Below, in pieces: positions 46,572-55,179 of a DNA stretch of 64,000 nucleotides (its first letter is position 1; the number at the start of each line of letters is the position of its first letter). Both the position numbers and the translations under genes were made by a program. The notes beneath the pieces are model-generated. The model saw only the letters and a list, made by a program, of their open reading frames with translations. It did no database searches and had not been told where the DNA came from. This stretch comes from Thermoanaerobaculia bacterium. GTDB taxonomy: Bacteria > Acidobacteriota > Thermoanaerobaculia > Gp7-AA8. The stretch covers positions 8,483 through 72,482 of the forward strand of contig DATLEY010000161.1 of NCBI GenBank assembly GCA_035525215.1. Direction: 5' to 3'.

Positions 46572-47240
46572 TCAGTTCCGCGAATTCGAATCCGATTCTA
46601 ACGCGTCTTCGGCGACTCCCGCCTCCGATTGCCGATTCTCGCCGTCGAGCGGCAGGATCTCCTGCGCGGCCGATGCCGGCGACAGCAGCTCTTCGGCCAG
46701 ACTCTCTCCGAGGATCTCGCTGAACTCTTCCAGCCGGGGAAGGTCCTGAATCGACTCGAGGCCGAAGTGGAGGAGGAAGTCGCGGGTGGTTCGATAGAGG
46801 AAGGGGCTTCCCACGACATTCTTCCGTCCGGCGATTTTGATCATCTTCCGGTCGAGGAGAGTGCGCACGACGCCGGTCGCATTGACGCCACGGATATCGC
46901 TGATCTCGGGGGCCGTCACCGGCTGTCGATAGGCGATGATGGCCAGAGTCTCGAGGGCGGCCATGGAAAGGCGGCCCTCGTTTTTCCGGGCGAAAAATTT
47001 ACGCAGATGAGGGTCCAGATCCGCGCGGGTGGCGAAGCGATAGCCACCCGCCGCCTTCTCCACGACGAATCCCCCCTCCCGCGCCAGGAAGGCCTGCTCG
47101 ATCTCCAGGAGCATCGCGTCGATGCCCTCTTTCTCTTCGCCGGGGAAGGCTTCGTAGAGATCTTCGATTTTGACCGGCTCGCCGGAGACGAAGAGGATGG
47201 CCTCGATCGCGGCGCGGAGTTCGGTCGGTGTCATCGTCAT
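46572..47240 (-). CDS. scpB: Segregation and condensation protein B
   Basis: ScpB winged-helix sequence (EAILFVSGEPV…). Confidence 0.85.
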   Translation of the reverse strand: MTMTPTELRAAIEAILFVSGEPVKIEDLYEAFPGEEKEGIDAMLLEIEQAFLAREGGFVVEKAAGGYRFATRADLDPHLRKFFARKNEGRLSMAALETLAIIAYRQPVTAPEISDIRGVNATGVVRTLLDRKMIKIAGRKNVVGSPFLYRTTRDFLLHFGLESIQDLPRLEEFSEILGESLAEELLSPASAAQEILPLDGENRQSEAGVAEDALESDSNSRN

Positions 47241-47264
47241 TCGGTCGGGTCCTCGGTCTGATGA

Positions 47265-48092
47265 TCAGTGGTCGTACAGGTTGAACTGCGCGGGATCGAT
47301 CTCCCTCTCTACGCGGTGAATCAGGATCTCGGCGAACGCTTCCCCCTGGCGAAGAGAGACGCCCCCGAGCCGCACGAGCTCGAGCGTCGCCAGAAAGATC
47401 ACCACCAGCTCGGCGCGATCCCTCCCCTCCAGGTACCAGTTCAACCGTAGAGGCGTCGTCTCCGTGAGAACCGTGTAGAGCTCCCTCATCTTGTCGGAGA
47501 CCTTGTAGACGGCGCGTTTCAGCTCGATCGCGTCGGGATGATCGTAGCGATAGCGTTTGATCGCCGAGCGGAAGGCGTCGATCAGGTCGAAGAGAGAAAC
47601 CTCGCTCATATCGAGCTCGCGGGTCTCGGTACCGGGGAGCGGTGACGGAGGCCTGGACCAGACGCCCATCCGGACGACATCCACCTCCGCGAAGCTCTCG
47701 GCCACGGCCTTGTATCGCTGGTACTCCAGCAGGCGGTCGACCAGCTCCGCGCGGGGATCCGTGGAATCGTCCCCCTCCTCGCCGCGCGGAAGCAGCATCT
47801 TCGACTTGATGTGAATCAGGAGCGCCGCGATGTAGACGTAATCCGCCGCGACATCGAGGTCCAGCTCGGCCATCGAGTCGAGATAGGTGTTGTACTGGTC
47901 CGTGATCAGGACGATCGGGATGTCGTAGATGTCGATCTTATGCTTGCGGATCAGGTGAAGGAGGAGATCGAGCGGCCCTTCGAACGAGGGAAGTGAGACG
48001 CGGTAGCTCTCTTCTGCCGCGGCGTCGAGGGGACTCTCATCGGGCTCGAGCTCGGGGAGAAGGTCGGGTTGAAGGGTTTGGTCGATCATCAA
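47265..48092 (-). CDS. scpA: Segregation and condensation protein A
   Basis: FEGPLDLLLHLIRKHKIDIYDIPI, the canonical ScpA N-terminus. Confidence 0.85.
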   Translation of the reverse strand: MMIDQTLQPDLLPELEPDESPLDAAAEESYRVSLPSFEGPLDLLLHLIRKHKIDIYDIPIVLITDQYNTYLDSMAELDLDVAADYVYIAALLIHIKSKMLLPRGEEGDDSTDPRAELVDRLLEYQRYKAVAESFAEVDVVRMGVWSRPPSPLPGTETRELDMSEVSLFDLIDAFRSAIKRYRYDHPDAIELKRAVYKVSDKMRELYTVLTETTPLRLNWYLEGRDRAELVVIFLATLELVRLGGVSLRQGEAFAEILIHRVEREIDPAQFNLYDH

Positions 48093-49093
48093 AACTGCTC
48101 GTAGTCGAGCTTCATGGCCCGGCGCACCAATTCCAGAGTCTCGGTGCAGCGCTCTTTCGCCGCGCGATTCCCCGACCTCAGCACATCCCAGACCACGGAG
48201 GGATCCCGGTCGATTTTCTCACGCCTCTCCCGGATGGGCCGAAGCGCTTCGATCATGATCTCCGTCAGAAGCCTCTTGTCGTCGACGCAGCCGATCTGCG
48301 CCGTTCTGCACTCATGATCGACTCGGGCTGTGGTGGCGGGATCGGAGAGGAGGCGGTGGAACTGAAAAAGATTGCAGATGTCCGGATTGCCCGGATCTTT
48401 CCGCCGGATCCTGTTCGGGTCCGTAAACATGGTGCTCACGAGTTGACGGATCTCGTCCGCGCTGGCGGTCAGCCCGATGGTGTTTCCATAGGACTTCGAC
48501 ATCTTCCTTCCGTCCAGCCCCGGCACCTTCGGCGTTTCGGTCAGAAGGGGCTGGGGCTCGGGAAAGACGTCTCCGTAGAGATGGTTGAAGCGTCGCGCGA
48601 CCTCGCGCGTGAGCTCGAGATGAGCGACCTGATCCTCTCCGACCGGAACGAAGTTCGCCCGGTAGACGATGATGTCGGCGGTCTGGAGCAGCGGATATCC
48701 GAGGAAGCCGTACGTATTCAAGTCGCGGTCGGCCAGCTGCTGCTGCTGTTCCTTGAATGTCGGCACTCGCTCCAGCCAGGGGAGCGGCGTGATCATCGAA
48801 AGGAGCAGGTGAAGCTCGGCGTGTTCCGGAACCTGGGACTGGACGAAGATCGTGGCTATCGCGGGATCCATCCCCGCCGCCAGCCAATCGGCCACGGCAT
48901 CGTAGGTGGCGTCCTTGACCCGCGCCGGATCTGCGTAATCCGAAGTGAGGGCGTGCCAGTCGGCGACGAAATAAAAACAGCGATAGGAGTCCTGAAGGCG
49001 AACCCAGTTCCGAATCGCTCCGAAGTAGTTTCCGAGATGAACGCGGCCGGTAGGCCGCAGTCCGCTGAGGACGATCGCCTGCTGCTGGGTCAC
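48089..49093 (-). CDS. trpS: Tryptophan--tRNA ligase
   Basis: HLGNY (HIGH) and KMSKS motifs. GTG start. 334 aa. Confidence 0.9.
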   Translation of the reverse strand: MTQQQAIVLSGLRPTGRVHLGNYFGAIRNWVRLQDSYRCFYFVADWHALTSDYADPARVKDATYDAVADWLAAGMDPAIATIFVQSQVPEHAELHLLLSMITPLPWLERVPTFKEQQQQLADRDLNTYGFLGYPLLQTADIIVYRANFVPVGEDQVAHLELTREVARRFNHLYGDVFPEPQPLLTETPKVPGLDGRKMSKSYGNTIGLTASADEIRQLVSTMFTDPNRIRRKDPGNPDICNLFQFHRLLSDPATTARVDHECRTAQIGCVDDKRLLTEIMIEALRPIRERREKIDRDPSVVWDVLRSGNRAAKERCTETLELVRRAMKLDYEQF

Positions 49094-49189
49094 CGCGTCG
49101 AGATTGCCTTTCGTGTGGGGTGGAGGATCGGCGGCGACGCCGATGATTTCCCGTCGGACGGGAGGGGGGCGAGTGTAGCGCAGGAAGGA

Positions 49190-49680
49190 AGGATGGTCGA
49201 GGGTTCAGGGTAGAGGAGCGAGGGAAGAGGGGAGAAGCATTCGCGGCGGACCTGCCGCGCAGCGTGCCCCCGCAACTCAAACGACACGGGTCCCGGCTCG
49301 TGAGTCAAAGGCCGTTCACGGGCACGGGCGCGTTCACGTTCACGGGTCGGAGGCAGGAACAGGTCATTCAGAGGCCGCACGGGAGGAGGAGGTGGCAAGA
49401 CGATTGGTCTCGCGGCCGAAGAATCTCAGAATGCGCAGGCCGTCATCGGGTTCTTGTGCCGGTGCACTCGCATCGTCCGAACGCGTCTGGACGTGGATAA
49501 GAACCCGACAGCGATCATCGCGGCTGAGATTCTTCGGCCGCGACGCCAGCTCATATTCTGCACGGCTGGCGCGTGCGGCCTCTGAATGACCCGCCCTCCC
49601 CGCGCAATTCCGCTTCTCCCTCTTCCTTTCGCTCCTCTCCCCTCTCCCTCTTCCATCGCTCCTCTACCCTCTTCCATCCC
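49190..49680. repeat. Nested imperfect palindrome with mirror polypurine/polypyrimidine outer arms (recG-trpS spacer)
   Basis: Outer arms: GGGTAGAGGAGCGAGGGAAGAGGGGAGAAGC (49207-49237) pairs with the complement in 49610-49680. A perfect 20-bp inverted repeat GGTCATTCAGAGGCCGCACG lies at 49361-49380 and 49571-49590. An inner 21-bp inverted repeat lies at 49408-49428 and 49523-49543. Confidence 0.8.
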
Positions 49681-49681
49681 C

Positions 49682-51781
49682 TCAGTCCCTCTCGCGCAGC
49701 TGCTTTCCGCTCTCCAGGACCCCGGGTGCCAGCGCATCCAGATCGCCGTAGGTTCCCTTCTCCGCCGCTTCGATCGCGGCTTCCCTCGCGATCTCCATCA
49801 GCTCGTGATCGCGGATCAGATGGCCGAAGCGAAAACGGGGAACGCCGGACTGGCGAGTGCCGAAGAAGTCTCCCGGGCCGCGAATCTCCAGATCTTTCTC
49901 CGCGACCTCGAAGCCGTCGCGGGTCGACTCGAATGAGCGCAGCCGCGCCTTCGTTTCCTCCGAGGCACCCTCATCGCGGATGAGAATGCAGAGCGACTTC
50001 CTCGAGCCGCGGCCCACGCGACCCCGCAGCTGATGGAGCTGCGAGAGTCCGAAGCGGTCCGCATCGACGATCACCATCACCGAGGCGGCGGGGACATCGA
50101 TGCCGACTTCGATCACGGTCGTCGATACGAGGATGTCGATCTCTCCACGCTTGAACTGCGCCATGACCTGCTGCTTCTGATTCGGAGGCATCCTGCCATG
50201 GAGCACGCCGACGCGGCGGCCGGTAAACGCGGCACGGACCCGCTCTTCGCCCGCGACCAGCGGCGTGAGGTCGAGCTTTTCCGACTCTTCGATGATCGGA
50301 AAGACGATGTATGCCTGCGCCCCCGCCGCGATCTCTTCCTCGATGAACCGGAAGACCTTCGCCAGCCGGTTCGTCCCCCGCACGATGGTCCGCACGGGAG
50401 TTCGCCCGGGCGGCAGCTCGTCGATCACAGAAAGCTCGAGGTCACCGTACATGGCGATGGCCAGCGAGCGCGGGATCGGCGTCGCGGTCATGACCAGGAC
50501 GTCGGGGAGACGTCCCTTCTCGAAGAGCCGCTGGCGCTGCACCACGCCGAACCGGTGCTGCTCGTCGACGATGGCCAGGCCGAGCGAGCGGAACTCCACC
50601 GGTTTCTCGAGGAGCGCGTGAGTTCCGATCAGCAGATCGATCTCTCCTGCTGCCAGCGCCGCGAGAATCGGACGCCTTTCGGCGGCGGACGTGGATCCCG
50701 TCAGCCTGGCCACGCGCACCTTGTCACCGAGAAGCTGACGGATTCTCTCTTCATGCTGCCCAGCCAGAATCTCCGTTGGAGCCATCAATGCCGCCTGATG
50801 CCCGTTGCGGATGACGATCATCGCGGCGATGAGCGCCACGATCGTCTTTCCCGACCCCACGTCGCCCTGGAGCAGCCGGTACATCGGCTCCTCCGCCTGG
50901 AGGTCGCCGGCGATCTCGCGAAGGACCCTTTTCTGCGCCCCGGTCAGCCGGAACGGGAGGACTTCCCGCACGCTGGCGCGCAATTCGTCATCGATCGCGA
51001 TTCGCCGCTGTTTTCTCTTCACTTCCTCGGAGGCGCGGCGCAGCCGCAGAGCCAGCTGAAACGCGAAGAACTCCTGCACGATCAGCCGCCGGTGTGCCGG
51101 CGTTTCGAGGGTCGCGAGCTCCGGAGTCAGCTCTCGCGGATGATGGAGCGAAAGAATCGCTTCACTCAGCGGGATCACGCCGAGCCGTTTTGCGAGAAGC
51201 GGCGGGAAGGGGTCCTCGAGTCGCGACACCGACTCCAGCGCCTGCTGGATCACATTGCGAACGGACTTCGTGTAGATCCCGTTCACCGGCGGATAGATCG
51301 GAACGATCGCCCCCTCGGTCTCGCCGACTCCGGTATCGTCGATCTTCTCCCAGGCGGGGCTGTCGATCTGCAGGCGGTTGCGCTGCGAGAAACGCGGCTG
51401 CCCGTAGATCGCCAGCCGGTCTCCCTTCATGATCTTCTCCGCGAGCCATGGCTGATTGAACCAGACCAGCATCACCGTTCCGGTCGAGTCATCGAGGATC
51501 GTCTCGAAAATCGACATTCTGCGTACCGGCGAGGTCTTCAAGTGCGCGGAGAGGATGCGTCCCCGCAGCAGGACCGGACCGCTCGTTTCTCCGAGATCGC
51601 AGACGCGTGTCGGATTCCGCCGATCCTCATAACGATGCGGAAACCAGAAGAGCAGGTCGCGGGCCGTGCGCAGACCGCAGGCTTCGAACAGCGCCGCCCG
51701 TCCCTCGCCCACTCCGCGCAGATTGCGCACCGAGGTCTCCGGTCCGATGGGCGTCCACTGATCTCGGGCGGCGCGGCTCAC
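49682..51781 (-). CDS. recG: ATP-dependent DNA helicase RecG
   Basis: Wedge domain plus helicase motifs (GDVGSGKT, DEQHRFG). 699 aa. Confidence 0.9.
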   Translation of the reverse strand: MSRAARDQWTPIGPETSVRNLRGVGEGRAALFEACGLRTARDLLFWFPHRYEDRRNPTRVCDLGETSGPVLLRGRILSAHLKTSPVRRMSIFETILDDSTGTVMLVWFNQPWLAEKIMKGDRLAIYGQPRFSQRNRLQIDSPAWEKIDDTGVGETEGAIVPIYPPVNGIYTKSVRNVIQQALESVSRLEDPFPPLLAKRLGVIPLSEAILSLHHPRELTPELATLETPAHRRLIVQEFFAFQLALRLRRASEEVKRKQRRIAIDDELRASVREVLPFRLTGAQKRVLREIAGDLQAEEPMYRLLQGDVGSGKTIVALIAAMIVIRNGHQAALMAPTEILAGQHEERIRQLLGDKVRVARLTGSTSAAERRPILAALAAGEIDLLIGTHALLEKPVEFRSLGLAIVDEQHRFGVVQRQRLFEKGRLPDVLVMTATPIPRSLAIAMYGDLELSVIDELPPGRTPVRTIVRGTNRLAKVFRFIEEEIAAGAQAYIVFPIIEESEKLDLTPLVAGEERVRAAFTGRRVGVLHGRMPPNQKQQVMAQFKRGEIDILVSTTVIEVGIDVPAASVMVIVDADRFGLSQLHQLRGRVGRGSRKSLCILIRDEGASEETKARLRSFESTRDGFEVAEKDLEIRGPGDFFGTRQSGVPRFRFGHLIRDHELMEIAREAAIEAAEKGTYGDLDALAPGVLESGKQLRERD

Positions 51782-51851
51782 GGAATCATTCTCCCTCGGA
51801 GCGGCAGAGGGAGAAACACTTCTACTTCTCGTGGAGAGCTGCGAGGCGTGA

Positions 51852-52646
51852 TCAGTCTTCGAAGATCACCTTCATCTGAATCAGACCGATGCGGATGTCG
51901 TCGCCGGTATGGAGGGGAACGGGAACTCCGGTCGGAATGCGCTCGTCGTTCACGAATGTGCCGTTGACCGTCCCTACTTCTTCGAGCACCGCCCAGCTCT
52001 CCTCATTCTGGATCAGCTTCGCGTGGCGGCGGGACACGGAGCGCTGCTGATCCACCGAGGAGAGATCGATCTCCGGACGGATGCCGGTGACCGGATCGGC
52101 GCGTCCGATGGTGGTGTCGGGAACCAGCCCGAAAAAGAAGGCATTGCCAGTGGCGACGTCGACCAGGCGATGGCGGCTTCCCGCCGATGGAGGGGCCTGG
52201 GCCGGCGGCTCGACGGAGATCACGGGGTTCTCGAGATCGATCCTCGAGTCGGAGGCGAGACTCTGCAGAAGAACGTTCGCGTCGCGCAATCGGCGCGAGT
52301 ACTTCCTCATGATGCGAACCGAGATCTCGGGGTTCTTGCGGATCATCTCGTCGAACCGGCTCCCGTTGATCGCGATGACGCGCACGTCGGTCTTCGCGAT
52401 GGCATCCGCGCTCCGCGGGACGTTCTCGAGAATTGCCATCTCGCCGAAGAAATCGCCACGCTCCAGGCGGGAGAGGGTTCGCGTCTCGCTTCCCAGCTTC
52501 TTCACGATCTCGACGATGCCGTCCTGGATGATGAACATCTCGGTCCCCAGGTCTCCTTCGTGGAAGACCGCCTCCCCTGCGGCGAAGCTGAGGACCTTGT
52601 CCTTGAGCGGATCGCGATTCTGACTCGTTTTGAAAACGGCCTTCAT
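51852..52646 (-). CDS. Cyclic-nucleotide-binding domain / FHA domain fusion protein
   Basis: N-terminal cNMP-binding fold (GEAVFHEGD…FFGEMAIL). C-terminal FHA (…IGRAD…SRRHAKL…NGTFVND…). 4-nt overlap with the upstream ldcA-like gene. Confidence 0.65.
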   Translation of the reverse strand: MKAVFKTSQNRDPLKDKVLSFAAGEAVFHEGDLGTEMFIIQDGIVEIVKKLGSETRTLSRLERGDFFGEMAILENVPRSADAIAKTDVRVIAINGSRFDEMIRKNPEISVRIMRKYSRRLRDANVLLQSLASDSRIDLENPVISVEPPAQAPPSAGSRHRLVDVATGNAFFFGLVPDTTIGRADPVTGIRPEIDLSSVDQQRSVSRRHAKLIQNEESWAVLEEVGTVNGTFVNDERIPTGVPVPLHTGDDIRIGLIQMKVIFED

Positions 52647-53587
52647 GATGGGATCCGGGGTCCGACCAGCGGATCGGGAAATTCGACCGTGCGCGCCGAC
52701 GTGTCGATGCGCACGCGTGCTCCGACGGGAAGGAGGAGATTGTCTCCGTGATGCCCGAAGGGAAGATTGCGGAGGACAGGGATGCCGGAGCCCGTAAAGT
52801 ACTCATGAATCAGCACTTCCAGCTCGGGGTCATTCCCGCAGTCCTTGAGCCGGCCAATCATTACGCCTCGGATGGCGCGCAATCTACCAGACAGCCTGAG
52901 GGTGGTCAACATACGGTCGAGGCGGTAATTGCGCTCGTCCACCTCTTCCCAGAACCAGATGCCGTCATCAACCCAGAAGTCGTAAGGTGTATCGAGAAGC
53001 GCGGCGGTCAGGGAGAGGCATCCACCGAACAACACTCCCTCCGCCATCCCTTCCACCGCGATCTGATCCGGCGTGAGCTCCCACCGCATCGGCGCCTCTC
53101 CGGAGAGCATGGCGAAGAACCAGCGCTCAATCTCCGGCGACAGCCCCCCGTGAATGTCGAAGTTGAGCATCGGGCCATGGAAGGTGCTCAATCCTGTTTC
53201 CCTGGCCACCGCCTGATGAAGCGCAGTCAGATCGCTGTAGCCGATCACAGGCCTCGGATTTTCCGCGAGCGCGGCGTAATCGATCCGGTCGAGAATCCTC
53301 ATCGCGCCGTAACCGCCGCGCGCGAACATGATGGCGTCGATCGCGGGATCCCTGAAGGCCTCATTGATCGCCCTCAGACGGAGATCGTCCGGCCCGGCCA
53401 GATAGCTCCGTTCGACCTCGTAAGCATTGGGCGCAATCCGCACCTGGAATCCCTTCCTTTCGAGGATCGAGGCAGCGTGCTCGATCCGGTCGGCTTTCGA
53501 GGGAGACGAGATCGCGAGAACGGCAATGGTGCCGCCGGGCGGGAGGGGCCTGGGAGTCAGGAGTGGCAAGCGAGGGGGAGATTTCAC
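52643..53587 (-). CDS. LD-carboxypeptidase (S66 family, LdcA/MccF-like)
   Basis: The IGYSDLTALH and GGYGAMRIL blocks match S66 LD-carboxypeptidases. 314 aa. Confidence 0.7.
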   Translation of the reverse strand: MKSPPRLPLLTPRPLPPGGTIAVLAISSPSKADRIEHAASILERKGFQVRIAPNAYEVERSYLAGPDDLRLRAINEAFRDPAIDAIMFARGGYGAMRILDRIDYAALAENPRPVIGYSDLTALHQAVARETGLSTFHGPMLNFDIHGGLSPEIERWFFAMLSGEAPMRWELTPDQIAVEGMAEGVLFGGCLSLTAALLDTPYDFWVDDGIWFWEEVDERNYRLDRMLTTLRLSGRLRAIRGVMIGRLKDCGNDPELEVLIHEYFTGSGIPVLRNLPFGHHGDNLLLPVGARVRIDTSARTVEFPDPLVGPRIPS

Positions 53588-53664
53588 GGGTCGGGAGTCT
53601 AAATGAAGTCAGCCGGCGGATGGTACGGAGCGCGGAGTGTCAGGTTGCAGCGGGAGGAGAGAAA

Positions 53665-54032
<368 letters not shown>

Positions 54033-54142
54033 AAGGTTTCAACATCACGCTGGTTGGAATGATTCTCCCCGACGTCTGAAGGAGTCTCGCCGTAAAAAAA
54101 TCGATGATCGTAAACAACGATGGAATCGAGAGTTATAAACAT

Positions 54143-54158
54143 TGTCGGCGCGCCGACA
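54143..54158 (-). terminator. Palindromic hairpin immediately after the NYN gene stop, upstream of the rnpB promoter
   Basis: TGTCGGCGCGCCGACA. On the transcribed strand it is followed by AATGTTTAT. Confidence 0.4.
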
Positions 54159-54593
54159 TTAAACGTTTCGGTTTTTGGGATCCGAAAAATAGCTCTCCCA
54201 CTCCACGTCGTTCCCCGTCGAGGGTTCCCCGTCCGGCATCGACTCGAGCTCGCGGATGAACATGCGGGCATCCACCGTCTCGACGTCGCGCCTTTTGACC
54301 CGCATCGCGATCCCGCGATCCGAGGTGACGATGCGGAACGGTTCCCGTTTGCGCTCCACCTCCGCGACGATGGCATCGTCGGCGGAAGAGGGTGCACAGA
54401 ATCGAATCTGGATCGCGCCCGGCCCTGCGCCGAAATCGCCCGGCCTCTCGCCGTCGAAGAAGCAGGTCAGCTTTCGACGATGAGCACGGCCAAACGCGGC
54501 GAGCAGCCGGAGGAGATGTCGTTTCGACTCGGTGCTCTCTCGTTCGAGGCCCATTGCACCGAGCACGTTGCTCCCGTCGACGAGGATCCTCAT
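54159..54593 (-). CDS. NYN-domain (YacP-like) predicted RNase
   Basis: The MRILVDGSNV… N-terminus is typical of YacP/NYN ribonuclease-like proteins. Confidence 0.55.
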   Translation of the reverse strand: MRILVDGSNVLGAMGLERESTESKRHLLRLLAAFGRAHRRKLTCFFDGERPGDFGAGPGAIQIRFCAPSSADDAIVAEVERKREPFRIVTSDRGIAMRVKRRDVETVDARMFIRELESMPDGEPSTGNDVEWESYFSDPKNRNV

Positions 54594-54606
54594 CGGCGCT
54601 CTGATG

Positions 54607-55179
54607 TCAGGGAAGAGCGCTGCGGCGGCTTGCCCGCATGAACCAGATCGACATGATTGCGAGGAAGAGAATGAGCGCAGCGAGGAAGACGTAAGGGAGG
54701 AAGACCGCGAGAATCGACTGAACGATCGCGAAAACGTCCTCGGCCACCGAGAGAACTGGATTTGCTGTACCCCCCGTGGTCACGGTGCTCGTCGCCCGAA
54801 CGCTCGATTTGATGACGTGACTCCCCAGAGCTGCGCTTCCGCCCAGGACGCCGGCGAGGATGGCGACTCCCTGAGGCAACTCGGGAGTCGCTGCCGCGAA
54901 AGCCACGACGGCTCCGGCGAGCGGGCGGACGAATGTGTGGATGACGTCCCAGGCATGGTCGACAGCCGGGATCTTGTCCGCGACGAACTCGATCAGGTAG
55001 AGGATGCCGAGCACGATCAGCACCGGCGTGGAGGCGAAGAAGTCCGCCAGCGTCCCCGAGAACACTCCGGGATAAAAGCGGGAGATCAGCCCGAAGACCA
55101 GGAACGTTGCATAGGCGTTCACGCCCGCGCCAACGCCAAGCCCCACTGAAGTGAGAATTGCTCCGACCGACTCGATCAT
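54607..55179 (-). CDS. DUF4126-family membrane protein
   Basis: 190 aa, Gly/Ala-rich with multiple TM segments. The pattern matches DUF4126. Confidence 0.55.
   Translation of the reverse strand: MIESVGAILTSVGLGVGAGVNAYATFLVFGLISRFYPGVFSGTLADFFASTPVLIVLGILYLIEFVADKIPAVDHAWDVIHTFVRPLAGAVVAFAAATPELPQGVAILAGVLGGSAALGSHVIKSSVRATSTVTTGGTANPVLSVAEDVFAIVQSILAVFLPYVFLAALILFLAIMSIWFMRASRRSALP

Noticed and set aside
49264-49500. 78-aa plus-strand ORF (and neighbours 49392..49589, 49426..49737)
   Set aside because: They lie inside the nested palindrome. Translations are low-complexity, with no ribosome-binding site or codon-usage support.
49094-49680. T-box riboswitch leader for trpS
   Set aside because: No AGGGTGGNACCGCG T-box motif or specifier-loop architecture on the trpS mRNA strand. 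The structure is a symmetric palindrome instead.
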